Positions 19,119 through 29,891 of a DNA stretch of 64,000 bases are shown here, piece after piece. Under the pieces are notes generated by a model. It had not been told where the DNA came from and ran no database searches. It worked only from the letters and a program-made list of their open reading frames with translations. The stretch is from contig OZ242326.1 in the NCBI GenBank assembly GCA_965208325.1, forward strand, positions 352,001-416,000, written 5' to 3'. The stretch's first letter is position 1; every line of letters begins with the position of its first letter. Position numbers and translations under genes: made by a program. Source of the stretch: Candidatus Poribacteria bacterium. Its GTDB lineage: Bacteria > Poribacteria > WGA-4E > PCPOR2b.

Positions 19119-20498
19119 ATGAGCAACCAAAACCAAGTCAACCGTCGCCAATTTTTGAGTTGTGCGTTCGCCGGATGTCTGACAAGTGTGCTTGGTCCCT
19201 TTGCAAAATTGTCTCTTGCGGCAGAACTCTTTGCAGGACACCCGTTGGCACCCAAATTGACGCATCATCCCGCGAAAGCCAAAAATCTTATCTTCGTTTT
19301 TCTAACTGGCGGATTCGCTCATGTCGACACTTTTGACTATAAACCGAAGCTGCAGAGCGATCACGGCAAGGAAATTCCGGCCTGGGGCACCCAAAAACCG
19401 CTTATGGGATCGCCGTTTGAATTCCAGCCATACGGTGAGTCAGGGCTAATGATTAGCGAACTATTCCCAAATCTGGGAGGTATGGCAGACGAACTATGCA
19501 TCATTAAAAGCCTGCACACCGATATCGTTGAGCATTTTCAAGCGACCCTTGCCATGCACACAGGATCGGCGACCATACCGATGCCTAGTATCGGAGCTTG
19601 GCTAAGTTACGGTTTGGGCACGCAAAATCAGAACCTGCCGTCATACATGGTTTTGTGCGAAAACATACCCTATGCGGGGTCGCAGGTATGGGATAATCAT
19701 TTTCTTCCGCCGCTGCATCAAGGTGTGCGAATACAACCTGGCGATGAGCCGGTAGCAAATCTGAAATCGAAATCTCAAGCGGTAACGCTTAAAGAACTCG
19801 AGCGCATCATGCTGCGAGACATTAATAAAATCCACGTCCGTGAGCGTCCTGGAGATATGGAACTGCTCGCACGAATGAACGCCAACGACACCGCAGTTGG
19901 AATGATGCAAACCGCTCCAATGGTGTTCGATCTCACCCGAGAGAACGATGCGACATTCGATTTGTATGGGTTGACGCGCGGAGACAACAGCTCATTCGCG
20001 TGGCAGTGCCTCGTTGCACGTCGCCTGGTGGAAAACGGGGTCCGCGTCGTGGAGCTCATCGACACCGGAGCCACTAACAACTGGGATGCGCACGGGAATA
20101 TGCAAGATCACCGTCCGAAGGCGGAACGCGTAGATCGCCCGCTCGCTGCGTTAATCAGGGATTTGAAGGATCGTGGAATGCTTGATGAAACGCTTATCGC
20201 TATTTGCACGGAATTCGGACGCACCCCGTTTTCAAATAATATGGCAGGACGCGAACATCATGCTAGCGCCTTCTCATGTCTGCTCGCGGGTGCCGGCGTC
20301 CAGGGCGGAACAACTTACGGCGAATCAGATGACTACGGCGTTGAGATTGCTTCTCAACCCTGTCACGTCCACGACTACCACGCCACCATCCTGCACCTGA
20401 TGGGCATTGACCACACAAAATTGACATACCGTTATGCGGGTCGAGATTTCCGCTTAACAGATGTGAGCGGAAATGTCCTCCAAGAAGTTCTGGCTTGA
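19119..20498 (+). CDS. DUF1501 domain protein
   Basis: Tat-like NRRQFL; HVDTFDYKP; WDAH; EFGRTP; GRDFRLTDV; usual partner of DUF1553 genes. Confidence 0.92.
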   Translation: MSNQNQVNRRQFLSCAFAGCLTSVLGPFAKLSLAAELFAGHPLAPKLTHHPAKAKNLIFVFLTGGFAHVDTFDYKPKLQSDHGKEIPAWGTQKPLMGSPFEFQPYGESGLMISELFPNLGGMADELCIIKSLHTDIVEHFQATLAMHTGSATIPMPSIGAWLSYGLGTQNQNLPSYMVLCENIPYAGSQVWDNHFLPPLHQGVRIQPGDEPVANLKSKSQAVTLKELERIMLRDINKIHVRERPGDMELLARMNANDTAVGMMQTAPMVFDLTRENDATFDLYGLTRGDNSSFAWQCLVARRLVENGVRVVELIDTGATNNWDAHGNMQDHRPKAERVDRPLAALIRDLKDRGMLDETLIAICTEFGRTPFSNNMAGREHHASAFSCLLAGAGVQGGTTYGESDDYGVEIASQPCHVHDYHATILHLMGIDHTKLTYRYAGRDFRLTDVSGNVLQEVLA

Positions 20499-20552
20499 TT
20501 TCGGGTGTAGTTGTTGCGGCCTTAATCGCCTTTTTGCGTTCCGCTGCAAGTG

Positions 20553-21953
20553 CTACGCAAACTGGCGAAAGACGGTATAACTGGCGAGAGCGACCATGAT
20601 GAGAAAGCATATCCACAGTATGGAGTCGGCCTTCCACGTTGGTCTGATATGGCGGTTTACGTGGGTATAGCGCAGGAAGATGGTGCTGCCGGCAACGATC
20701 GGCATCATTATTGCCGCAATTGTGCCGCTTATCGTGAGCATCCAGACAGGGTTTTCAATAAAGAAATAGCACAACGCCATGATCATGGGGGAAACTACAG
20801 CCCAGATTCGCATGACCCGCACACGGCCCCGATAGTCATCGGGATTAACCACGCCCAATACACCCATCGCGTCAGCAACCATGCGTGTACCCCCTGCTAG
20901 CGCTGAAACCACGGTAGAGAACAATACAAAGAATGCCCCCAATAGGAATAACCACGCCGCCCATTCACCCAACGTTTGAGTATACACGTGGGACAGGATG
21001 CTGATCGTGTCGAGGCCATTCGGTACGGTTTCCATTTGATGCAACACACCCGCACCCAACATATAAAAGGGCACTGTCGCACACGTCAACACTCCCAATG
21101 TCAGCAATACATCAGCCTGCATGACCCGTATCCAGCCGCGCGCGCGGCGAATCCATTCCGGACTATCTTCAGTCGGCCCTGCGAAACGGGCATAACCCTT
21201 CTCGACGCACCAATACGTATAGGACATTGACTCCCCCGCAGTCACCCCGGTGGCGCCGTATGCTCCCAGCGCGGCAGCCACTGCGTAAGCTGGGAACTGA
21301 AATTGTAAGCCAGCGCCCACATCGCCCCAGGTAATCGCATATGGCGTGAATTGCAACATGACAGCGCACGCCAGCGTGAGAATAGTAAAGGTTGCAACCA
21401 TAAAGGTCATCAACTTTTCTAGGAAACGATAGGTGCCGCTCAGAATCAGAACCACCGCTAGTGCGGCAAAAATTATCGTCCACCATTTCGATGCGAGAAA
21501 TGGAAACGCCATGTGAACCGCCTGCCCTACCCCGCCGTAGACGCCGCCGCCGCCTAAATGCGCCGGGATTTGCTGGAACATCCATAACCAGATAAACCAT
21601 GAAATCGTCTTTCGAGGTCCCGGTAGTTTGCCCGGCAATCGATTAAAGGCGTGCAGCACCGTCTCGCCGGAAGAAACCGTATAACGCCCCAGCTCTGCCT
21701 GGACAATACTCTTTCCCCAACTGCTTACCAGCATCCACCAGAACATCACGAATCCAACGGTTGCGCCGAGTGTCGTTGTCATGATAATCTCACCGGAGCC
21801 AACTACGGTGCCTACCAAGATTAACCCCGGTCCGAGAAACTTTAGCGTATTCCATAACCCGGCGGGCGGTTCTCTAGCGTCTTCATGATGGCGAGTATAA
21901 GGATCTATGTTGAGATTCTGCCTAGATGGTTTAGGTTCCTCATTTTGTGGCAT
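20553..21953 (-). CDS. Nramp/SLC11-like transporter
   Basis: LGPGLIL...VGSGE, ELGRY, YWCVEKGYA; about 11 TM segments. Confidence 0.8.
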   Translation of the reverse strand: MPQNEEPKPSRQNLNIDPYTRHHEDAREPPAGLWNTLKFLGPGLILVGTVVGSGEIIMTTTLGATVGFVMFWWMLVSSWGKSIVQAELGRYTVSSGETVLHAFNRLPGKLPGPRKTISWFIWLWMFQQIPAHLGGGGVYGGVGQAVHMAFPFLASKWWTIIFAALAVVLILSGTYRFLEKLMTFMVATFTILTLACAVMLQFTPYAITWGDVGAGLQFQFPAYAVAAALGAYGATGVTAGESMSYTYWCVEKGYARFAGPTEDSPEWIRRARGWIRVMQADVLLTLGVLTCATVPFYMLGAGVLHQMETVPNGLDTISILSHVYTQTLGEWAAWLFLLGAFFVLFSTVVSALAGGTRMVADAMGVLGVVNPDDYRGRVRVMRIWAVVSPMIMALCYFFIENPVWMLTISGTIAAIMMPIVAGSTIFLRYTHVNRHIRPTWKADSILWICFLIMVALASYTVFRQFA

Positions 21954-22040
21954 TTGCCAGTACCGCAGTTGGTAAGTTCTGTGATATACGTCTATTGGAT
22001 AAAAAGTATATGCAAACGTGAGGTTTCAATCTTCACAAAC

Positions 22041-24632
22041 TCATCCCATAGACGCCAATTCCAACTGATCCTTCCATAAAATTTGCAACATTGCTTTTAA
22101 TGCTTGGTGCTCTGCTCTCTTCAGTGTCGGATCGGACTTTGTGAGTAACGCCGCCTCGGATTTTGCAAGCTCAAGCAGTGGGGCATCTCTAATAATATTG
22201 GCAATTTTGAAATCCGGAAGTCCGGATTGCCGTGTCCCAAAAAATTCACCCGGTCCCCGAATTCGCAGGTCTTCCTCTGCAAGCTCAAATCCGTCGTTGG
22301 TCAGTGTCATTGCTTTGATTCGGCTCACACTATCTTCACCTTTCGGATTGGCAATGAGGTAACAGGAGGATTTGTGTTTGCCGCGTCCAACGCGGCCGCG
22401 CAACTGATGCAATTGCGCTAAACCGAACCGTTCAGCATTTTCAATCACCATTATCGTGGCGTTAGGGCAATCGATTCCGACTTCAATGACCGTTGTTGAC
22501 ACCAAAACATCAATTAGCCGATGCTTCAGGTGAAACATCACCTCCTGTTTCTCGGCTGATTTCATCCGTCCGTGTAAAAGCCCGACTCGTAGGTGAGGGA
22601 AGACGTTGTTTTGGAAGTGTTCCGCCATTTCCGTAGCAGCTTTTGTATCTTCAAGTTTGTCTGACTCTTCAACGAGCGGATACACGATGTAAGCCTGCCT
22701 CCCGCGCCGAATTTCGGTCTCGATTTGCGCGTACAGTTGGCTGCGGTTTTTCTCTTTCACCCATTTCGTGGCAATCTCACGCCGTCCAAGCGGCATTTCA
22801 TCTATTACCGAGACGTTTAAGTCGCCATAGACTGTCAATGCAAGCGTTCGCGGAATGGGCGTGGCTGTCATAACAAGTACATCGGGAGTATTTCCTTTGT
22901 CCCGCAGCGTCGCCCGCTGCAAAACGCCGAAGCGGTGCTGCTCATCTATGATGACGAGGCCTAGATGGTGAAATTCAACACCCTCTTGGATTAGGGCGTG
23001 CGTTCCAACTACGATATGCGCTGAACCATCCGCGGTGGCAGCGAGGACCGCTTCACGTTCTTTCTTGGGAAGTTCGCTTTTGAGCAACACGACGTTTAAG
23101 TTCATGGGTTTGAGTAGTTCGGTTAAGTTGTATGCGTGTTGCTCGGCTAGAATCTCCGTAGGTACCATGATTGTACCTTGGTACCCGCTCTGGATGGCGC
23201 ACAGCAGCGCCATAACGGCAACGATGGTCTTACCGGACCCGACATCTCCTTGGAGCAACCGATTCATAGCTTGAGCAATGCTCATGTCGCTTTTGATTTC
23301 CGCAATGACTCGTTCTTGCGCTTGAGTCAATTGGAACGGAAGAGAATCGAAAAATTTTCGAATGAGGTCACCTTCAACTTGGAAGGCAATCCCTTTTTCT
23401 TTCGTCTCCCATCGCCGCTTTTTTAGTTCAAGCCCTACTTCCAGCAGTAAGAATTCCTCAAAAACAAGCCGTCTTCGCGCAGCTTTGAGTGATGGTTCCG
23501 AGGTCGGAAAATGGATTTCACCAATCGCGGGACGCCGATCCAACAACCTATGTTTCCGGCGGAGGTCTAATGGGAGAATTTCGGGACACCGCTCTAAGTT
23601 TTCATCAAGTACGCTTTTAACCCATTGGCGGAGCATGCGTTGAGTGAGATTAGCCGTTAGCGGGTATTTCGGCACGATTCGACCGGTGTGAATCAGGTCG
23701 GCATCCGCATCGTCAAGTATTTCGACTTCAAAGTCGGTCGTCTGAATCTCATTGTTTCGACGAGCGAATTTCCCGCTCACGACCACCCGAGTACCGATTT
23801 TCAACATGTGCTTGAGATAAGTAATTCGACGCCCAAAACCCACAAGCATCGCCACTCCCGTATTATCGTAGACGGCAAATTTACCGACCGGCTTTGCGCC
23901 GCGTCGGCGCGGGGTAAATTGTGTCCGATTGACAACTTTCCCTTGAATTGTCTCGTGTCCATCCGCCCGCCCAACATCATAGATTGACCGAAACTGACTC
24001 CGATTCAGATAGGCCCTTGGGTAGTGTTGCAATAAATCCCCAACCGTATGAATATCGAGTTCTGATGCGAGTTTCGCTGCGCGCCGCGGGCCGATGCCCT
24101 TTGAGCGCTCAATTGATGTCCGTAGAAAATTTAGTGAAGAAGAGTCGGTCGAAGCGGGTGCATCTGCAATCGTGGCTTCTAAAGTAGAGAATTCTGCCTG
24201 AATCTCAGCGCTCGCCGCTGGTGAAGAAACGTCTGAAATATCAAAAAGTGGATTTGGAATTTTGGACGGTACTCCATCAGCTGGAGGTAGCGGTTCGGCG
24301 GCGTTCGGGCTAGATTGCGACAGGGCGTAATCTTCGGCCAAGGACGTTGCCGTCGGCGTTTCGCCCAGCATCTGCTTTATCTGCTGTGTAGCGTTATGGA
24401 TTACGTCAAGCCGCTTTGCCGGTGACAATACCGCATAATCCGCAAACATATTCTCCATCGCGTTTAGCGACTTCTCTTGAGCCGGATTAAGCGTCAAGGT
24501 GCGGGCCTTTTCCACCCAAATGGACACATAATTTCCAAGACCGTTAACCGCCGCGTCATTCTTACACCCGTTGCGGTTTTCCTGTTGGAATGGGCGGCAA
24601 ATTGTCCTTAGTATTTCGGCAAGTTCATTCAT
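22041..24632 (-). CDS. recG: ATP-dependent DNA helicase RecG with N-terminal extension
   Basis: LLQGDVGSGKT, DEQHRFG, MTATPIPRTL, QLHQLRGRVGRG, DLRIRGPGEFFG. Confidence 0.97.
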   Translation of the reverse strand: MNELAEILRTICRPFQQENRNGCKNDAAVNGLGNYVSIWVEKARTLTLNPAQEKSLNAMENMFADYAVLSPAKRLDVIHNATQQIKQMLGETPTATSLAEDYALSQSSPNAAEPLPPADGVPSKIPNPLFDISDVSSPAASAEIQAEFSTLEATIADAPASTDSSSLNFLRTSIERSKGIGPRRAAKLASELDIHTVGDLLQHYPRAYLNRSQFRSIYDVGRADGHETIQGKVVNRTQFTPRRRGAKPVGKFAVYDNTGVAMLVGFGRRITYLKHMLKIGTRVVVSGKFARRNNEIQTTDFEVEILDDADADLIHTGRIVPKYPLTANLTQRMLRQWVKSVLDENLERCPEILPLDLRRKHRLLDRRPAIGEIHFPTSEPSLKAARRRLVFEEFLLLEVGLELKKRRWETKEKGIAFQVEGDLIRKFFDSLPFQLTQAQERVIAEIKSDMSIAQAMNRLLQGDVGSGKTIVAVMALLCAIQSGYQGTIMVPTEILAEQHAYNLTELLKPMNLNVVLLKSELPKKEREAVLAATADGSAHIVVGTHALIQEGVEFHHLGLVIIDEQHRFGVLQRATLRDKGNTPDVLVMTATPIPRTLALTVYGDLNVSVIDEMPLGRREIATKWVKEKNRSQLYAQIETEIRRGRQAYIVYPLVEESDKLEDTKAATEMAEHFQNNVFPHLRVGLLHGRMKSAEKQEVMFHLKHRLIDVLVSTTVIEVGIDCPNATIMVIENAERFGLAQLHQLRGRVGRGKHKSSCYLIANPKGEDSVSRIKAMTLTNDGFELAEEDLRIRGPGEFFGTRQSGLPDFKIANIIRDAPLLELAKSEAALLTKSDPTLKRAEHQALKAMLQILWKDQLELASMG

Positions 24633-25029
24633 ATTGTTTGAATCACGGTTGCAAGTTTGGACAAATCAATTGGGTGGATACTACCGGTTGGTTTCATACA
24701 CCCCTATTTCTTAGCAAACAAGCGGCTGTTAACATTTTGTAGTTTAATTGATAATAGCGATTCGCTTACATTATACACCAATGTGTACTCAACTCAACAA
24801 GCATAATCAGGTAGAACGAGGTCGAACAGTGTTTACCTCGCGGTGAAAATCCGCCGTTACGAACTGAAGCGCAGCGGTTTTTCAAGTATTTCAAAAATAC
24901 AGATGATAATTTCTTCCCAATTTTGGAAAACTATTATATACTATCATTATTTCTTGATGTACCAAAAAATCTATCGCCTGTTTTTTTGCTTAATTTTTAT
25001 TATTGCTTGTTTTATTAGGAGAAAATACT

Positions 25030-27723
25030 ATGCGTGAGAGTTACACAAGACACAATGGGACCAAAACTACAACTTCGTTTTTCATGTTTGCCCTATTAAT
25101 ATGCCTAAATTCCTTTTTTCTGTGGAAAACCGATGCGCAAGTCAAACTTGAACCAATTCCCGCACCTGATGGCTCAAAATATACTTTTGAGCGTATTAGC
25201 GTCGAGGGTGTAGATTTCTTGGCGCTGGCGGCGAGCAGCGACTTTGAAGATTTCGCGGGCTACACGAAAAGTGATGACGGCGAAAAAAACGTAGCCTTTA
25301 CACTCATTGACGGCGTTTTAAAGAAGTACGACTTCCCCGGCGCGAAAAACACGTATTTCTTCGCACTCGGAAATAATGGGATTGCCGCGGGGCATTACGA
25401 AGATAGCGGCGGGCTTTTCCATGGGGTTATTTTAGAGAATGGCGAGTGGCAGGAATACGACTTCCCGAATTCTGTTCAAACGGAGATTTATGGATATAGT
25501 GATTCAACGGGCGCACTGACGGGTAATTTTACGGACGAGTCTGGTGTTCGCCGTGGATTCTCTGGAGAGACTATTGTTGAGTTCCCGGGGGCTTTGGAAA
25601 CGTACGCCGATTTTGTAAGCGGACTTGGAAATATCGTGGGCAGCTACGTAGATACTGAAGGCGAATATCATGCGTACCTGCGCGGTCCTGGAGGTAGTTT
25701 TGCAACACTGGATACGCCAGAAGTCCCAAACCAGGAATACTTTTATCTGCACGGTATCAACGATTCACTGGTTGCCGTTGGCAGAGCGAAATCGGAGGAT
25801 GGCGTCCCGCTCACCTTTGTCGGCAACCCCGTCGCACTGCAAGGATTTGGGGTTCCGGGCGCCGTTAGCACGGAAGGTTGGAACATCAATCAGGATAGTT
25901 CTGTCGTCGGACACTATGACTCCGCCGATGGACGCCGACACGGCTTTATCGCCAGACCCTTACAGCCGACCGCTGTGCGGCCGCCGCCTGACCTGAACTA
26001 TACGTTTGAAAGCATTGATGTTCCCGGTGTAGAGTTTTTGGCGGTTACGGCGAGTAGCGACTTTGGAGATTACGCCGGCAACTTTCGGAGAGCTGTTGAT
26101 GGAAAAGATGTCGGCTTTACACTCATCAAGGGGGAATTTAAAGACTATGATTTCCCCGACTCGCAGGGCACCTATTTCTATGCACTCGGTAATGATGGGA
26201 CCGCTGCCGGACACTACCAAGATAGTGAGGGACTGTACCACGGAGTGGTATTGGAAAATGGGGAACTTCGAGAATGGCGTTTTCAGGATGCCGTTCAAAC
26301 GGAGATATACGGTTTCAGTGATAGAACCAAGGCACTGACTGGTAGTTTTGTAGATGCTTCCGGTGTTCGCCGCGGGTTTTCAGGAGATATAGTCGTCGAA
26401 CGCCCAGGGGCATCGGCAACATACGCCGATTTTGTGAGCTGGACGGGAAATATCGTGGGCAGCTACGTGGATACAAAAGGCGTGTATCATGCATACATGC
26501 GTAGTCCGGTGGGCAGATTTCTATCTATCGACCTTCCGAACGCACTAAATTTGGAATACTTTTTTCTCCACGGTCTCAACAGGGCAAGGACTGTTGTTGG
26601 CAGAGCCAAAGCGGTGGGTGATGTCCCGCGTACCTATGTTGGCAGCCCGCTCAATCTACAGGAATTGCATTTTCCGGGCAGCGTTAGCACGGAAGGGTGG
26701 AATATTAACGAGGATGGTTCAGTCGTTGGGCACTATGACTCGGCCGATGGGCGTAGACACGGATTTGTCGCAAGACTCGGCACTAAGGAAGAGAGCGATT
26801 ATTTCAGCAATACGTATAATGTCACGCTAACTACAGGGTTGAACATGATTTCAGTTCCGTTGGCACCCACTGCGGCGATGAACGCAAAGTCGCTTGCCGC
26901 GCTGACTGGTTCGACAATCGTCATTACTATTGACGCAACGAACCAACGTTTCGTCGCATGGACGCAAAGCGCACCGGATGTCGGTTTTTCGATTGAAGGC
27001 GGAGGCGGCTATATCGTCAATGTTCCGCAAACCCGCAGCTTCGCGTTCGTCGGCGCACCCTGGACAAGTCAACCGGAGTTGACAGCGGCGCCGCCCGCCA
27101 TTTCCGTTAATTCGACCCAGCATAAGCAGGCATGGGCGTTCGTCGTTAGCGGGCACCTCGAAGGTGTGCCGTCGTTTGACGGCTATCAGGTGTCCGTCCG
27201 CAACCTGAGAACAAACAGCACTATAACTACGCCAGTGCAAGGCAATTACTTCGCTGCTGCCACCGCGGATTTGGCGCGCCAAAGCGTTGTCCAAGTCGGA
27301 GATGTGGTGGAAGTTCACGTCATCGGTCCGAGTGGCAATGTTGAGTCACCGACCCTCGACTACAGAGTAACCCCTGAGCACTTGGCAGACGCCGTAATGT
27401 CTGTGAGGCTCGACAGCATTGGCAGACCGAAGCTAACCCAGCTATTGCAGAACTACCCGAATCCGTTCAACCCGGAGACGTGGATTCCGTATCAACTCGC
27501 GGAAGACAGTACCGTGACGGTATCCATTTATGATACAACGGGTACGTTAATTCGCAGCCTTCCACTCGGTTTGCAGCCAGCGGGATTCTACAATAGCCGG
27601 CACCGCGCCGCTTACTGGGATGGACGAAATGCCCTTGGGGAACGCGTTGCGAGCGGTACGTATTTGTACCAGTTGACGACGCCATCCTACCATCAAACAC
27701 GGCGGCTGGTTATAATAAAGTAA
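25030..27723 (+). CDS. secreted repeat protein (two HAF-like repeat modules) with T9SS/FlgD-like C-terminal domain
   Basis: Signal peptide; repeated GIN..G..VG.Y....G..HGF units; LLQNYPNPFNPETWIPYQL. Confidence 0.85.
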   Translation: MRESYTRHNGTKTTTSFFMFALLICLNSFFLWKTDAQVKLEPIPAPDGSKYTFERISVEGVDFLALAASSDFEDFAGYTKSDDGEKNVAFTLIDGVLKKYDFPGAKNTYFFALGNNGIAAGHYEDSGGLFHGVILENGEWQEYDFPNSVQTEIYGYSDSTGALTGNFTDESGVRRGFSGETIVEFPGALETYADFVSGLGNIVGSYVDTEGEYHAYLRGPGGSFATLDTPEVPNQEYFYLHGINDSLVAVGRAKSEDGVPLTFVGNPVALQGFGVPGAVSTEGWNINQDSSVVGHYDSADGRRHGFIARPLQPTAVRPPPDLNYTFESIDVPGVEFLAVTASSDFGDYAGNFRRAVDGKDVGFTLIKGEFKDYDFPDSQGTYFYALGNDGTAAGHYQDSEGLYHGVVLENGELREWRFQDAVQTEIYGFSDRTKALTGSFVDASGVRRGFSGDIVVERPGASATYADFVSWTGNIVGSYVDTKGVYHAYMRSPVGRFLSIDLPNALNLEYFFLHGLNRARTVVGRAKAVGDVPRTYVGSPLNLQELHFPGSVSTEGWNINEDGSVVGHYDSADGRRHGFVARLGTKEESDYFSNTYNVTLTTGLNMISVPLAPTAAMNAKSLAALTGSTIVITIDATNQRFVAWTQSAPDVGFSIEGGGGYIVNVPQTRSFAFVGAPWTSQPELTAAPPAISVNSTQHKQAWAFVVSGHLEGVPSFDGYQVSVRNLRTNSTITTPVQGNYFAAATADLARQSVVQVGDVVEVHVIGPSGNVESPTLDYRVTPEHLADAVMSVRLDSIGRPKLTQLLQNYPNPFNPETWIPYQLAEDSTVTVSIYDTTGTLIRSLPLGLQPAGFYNSRHRAAYWDGRNALGERVASGTYLYQLTTPSYHQTRRLVIIK

Positions 27724-27833
27724 GGTCTTTCCGATACCAGCGAGCGTCACAGCCGCGAAATCTTCGCAGCCGTAATATGCCGTTAGGCGTAGAAACACGC
27801 CTACACTCTACGTACGTTATAATGAGGATAACT

Positions 27834-29669
27834 ATGGATCACCACAAAAAAGCGATTCCAACCTTGTTCATATTTTTAACGGTCTGTGTTTTGGGATTTG
27901 GCGTTGCACGGGTCCATGCAGAAATTCCGATAGCAGATTATTTCTTTGAAACTATAGAAGTCCCGGGTGTCGATTTTTTGGAAGTGGCTGCTAGCAACGA
28001 TTTCGGGGATTATGCAGGCAACACCCGCAGCCCCGATGGCGAGAAAATCGTCGGTTTCACATTGATTGACGGTGTTTTTAAAAGGTACCAGTTTCTAGGT
28101 GCTCTCAATACCTTCTTCTATGCACTCGACAACACCGGAAAAGCAGCCGGGCACTACAAAGATATAGATGGACTCTATCACGGCGTTATCTTAGAAGGTG
28201 GCGAACTGCGCCAATACGATTTTCCCGGTGCCGCTGAAACCCACATCTACGGCATCAGCGATGAAACGGGGGCTTTGAGCGGTAACATCGTAGATGAAGC
28301 AGGCACCACCCACGCTTTCTCGGGGGAACTGACCATTACATTCCCCGGTGCAGTCAACACCTATGGAGACTTTGTTAACGCCGCAGGGGCTGTGGTCGGC
28401 AGTTACATCGATGCAGATGGCATGTTTCATGGATTCATACGCCACCCGGACGGCAGTTTCACCACTATTGACCTTCCAACAATGCCGAATCTTAGATACC
28501 TATTCGTTAATACCATCACCGATTTCGGGGTTATCGGTTTCAGAGCCAAAGCTGCAAACGACATACTGCGTTCCTATATCCTCTTACCAGATGGCACCCT
28601 CTATGAAGTGCGCATCCCAGGTAGTGTTATCACTGTCGTCCGAAATGTTAATCAGGATGGAAGTATTGTCGGGTATTATGACTTAGCGGATGGACGTAGA
28701 CTCGGTTTCCTCGGTAGACCAAATACACAACCAGCCAGCGAAAGTTTCGGCAATATTTTTTCTATACACCTCTCTCAAGGTTTGAACATGCTGTCTGTGC
28801 CGCTGAAACCGACTGTCCACATGACAGCGCGCACGCTTGCAGTAAAGACAAACGCGACCACGGTCATTACACTTGATGCGGAAAACCAACAATTCGTCGG
28901 GTGGACCCTAGATGCACCGGACGACGGATTTTCCATCGAAGGGGGTAATGGGTACATCGTCAATCTACCAATGGCGCGCGACATAGTCTTCACGGGGACA
29001 GCGTGGACAAATCTAGCGGAGGCTGCACCTGCCATTCCCCCCTTGATAAGGGGGGACAGGGGGGTTGTCCAGGAAGCATGGGCGTTCGTTGTAACCGGGC
29101 ATTTGAACGGTAAACCGGCGTTTGACGGCTATCAGGTAATAGTCCGGAACCTCAGAACAAACAGCGCGATAACCGCACCGGTGCGGGGCAGCTACTTCGC
29201 CGCTGCAACCGCCGACTTGTCGCGGCGAAGCGTTGTGCAAATTGGAGATGAAATTGAAGTTCATGTCGTCGGTCCGGGCGGAGTTGTTGAATCTCAAACC
29301 CTAAGATATAAAGTTACCCGTGAACACTTGGCAAACGCCGTGATGTCTGTCAAACTTGACGGAATTGGTAAACCCAAACTGACGCGGTTATTGCAGAACT
29401 ATCCCAATCCGTTCAACCCGGAAACGTGGATTCCGTATCAACTTTCGGAAGACAGTCCTGTGACGGTATCAATTTATGATACAACAGGTAAGTTAATTCG
29501 CAGTCTTCCACTCGGTATTCAATCAGCGGGGTTTTACAATAGTCGAGACCGCGCCGCATATTGGGATGGACGTAATGCCGAGGGCGAACGCGTTGCGAGC
29601 GGCGCTTATTTCTACCAATTGACTACGCCGTCTTTCCATCAAACGCGTCAGCTTGTCATTATAAAATAG
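27834..29669 (+). CDS. secreted repeat protein (one module) with T9SS-like C-terminal domain
   Basis: Paralog of the flanking genes; GAGGA ribosome-binding site before ATG 27834. Confidence 0.85.
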   Translation: MDHHKKAIPTLFIFLTVCVLGFGVARVHAEIPIADYFFETIEVPGVDFLEVAASNDFGDYAGNTRSPDGEKIVGFTLIDGVFKRYQFLGALNTFFYALDNTGKAAGHYKDIDGLYHGVILEGGELRQYDFPGAAETHIYGISDETGALSGNIVDEAGTTHAFSGELTITFPGAVNTYGDFVNAAGAVVGSYIDADGMFHGFIRHPDGSFTTIDLPTMPNLRYLFVNTITDFGVIGFRAKAANDILRSYILLPDGTLYEVRIPGSVITVVRNVNQDGSIVGYYDLADGRRLGFLGRPNTQPASESFGNIFSIHLSQGLNMLSVPLKPTVHMTARTLAVKTNATTVITLDAENQQFVGWTLDAPDDGFSIEGGNGYIVNLPMARDIVFTGTAWTNLAEAAPAIPPLIRGDRGVVQEAWAFVVTGHLNGKPAFDGYQVIVRNLRTNSAITAPVRGSYFAAATADLSRRSVVQIGDEIEVHVVGPGGVVESQTLRYKVTREHLANAVMSVKLDGIGKPKLTRLLQNYPNPFNPETWIPYQLSEDSPVTVSIYDTTGKLIRSLPLGIQSAGFYNSRDRAAYWDGRNAEGERVASGAYFYQLTTPSFHQTRQLVIIK

Positions 29670-29891
29670 AGTCACTTTTAGTCATTATGGTTTTTCTTCC
29701 ATTTATTGGTGAAGTGCCATATAATATCAGGAAATCAAAATCTTCGCAGAAATGGAACTCTGGTTTTAAAAATAAAATTATGAACTCAACCCTACAATGG
29801 TTCAAAAACTAGATTCACCTAACGATCCGTCAGAACGGACACAGTGTCCGTTTATCTTTGGAGCAAAATAATCTAAGCGAGGTTTTCTTTA

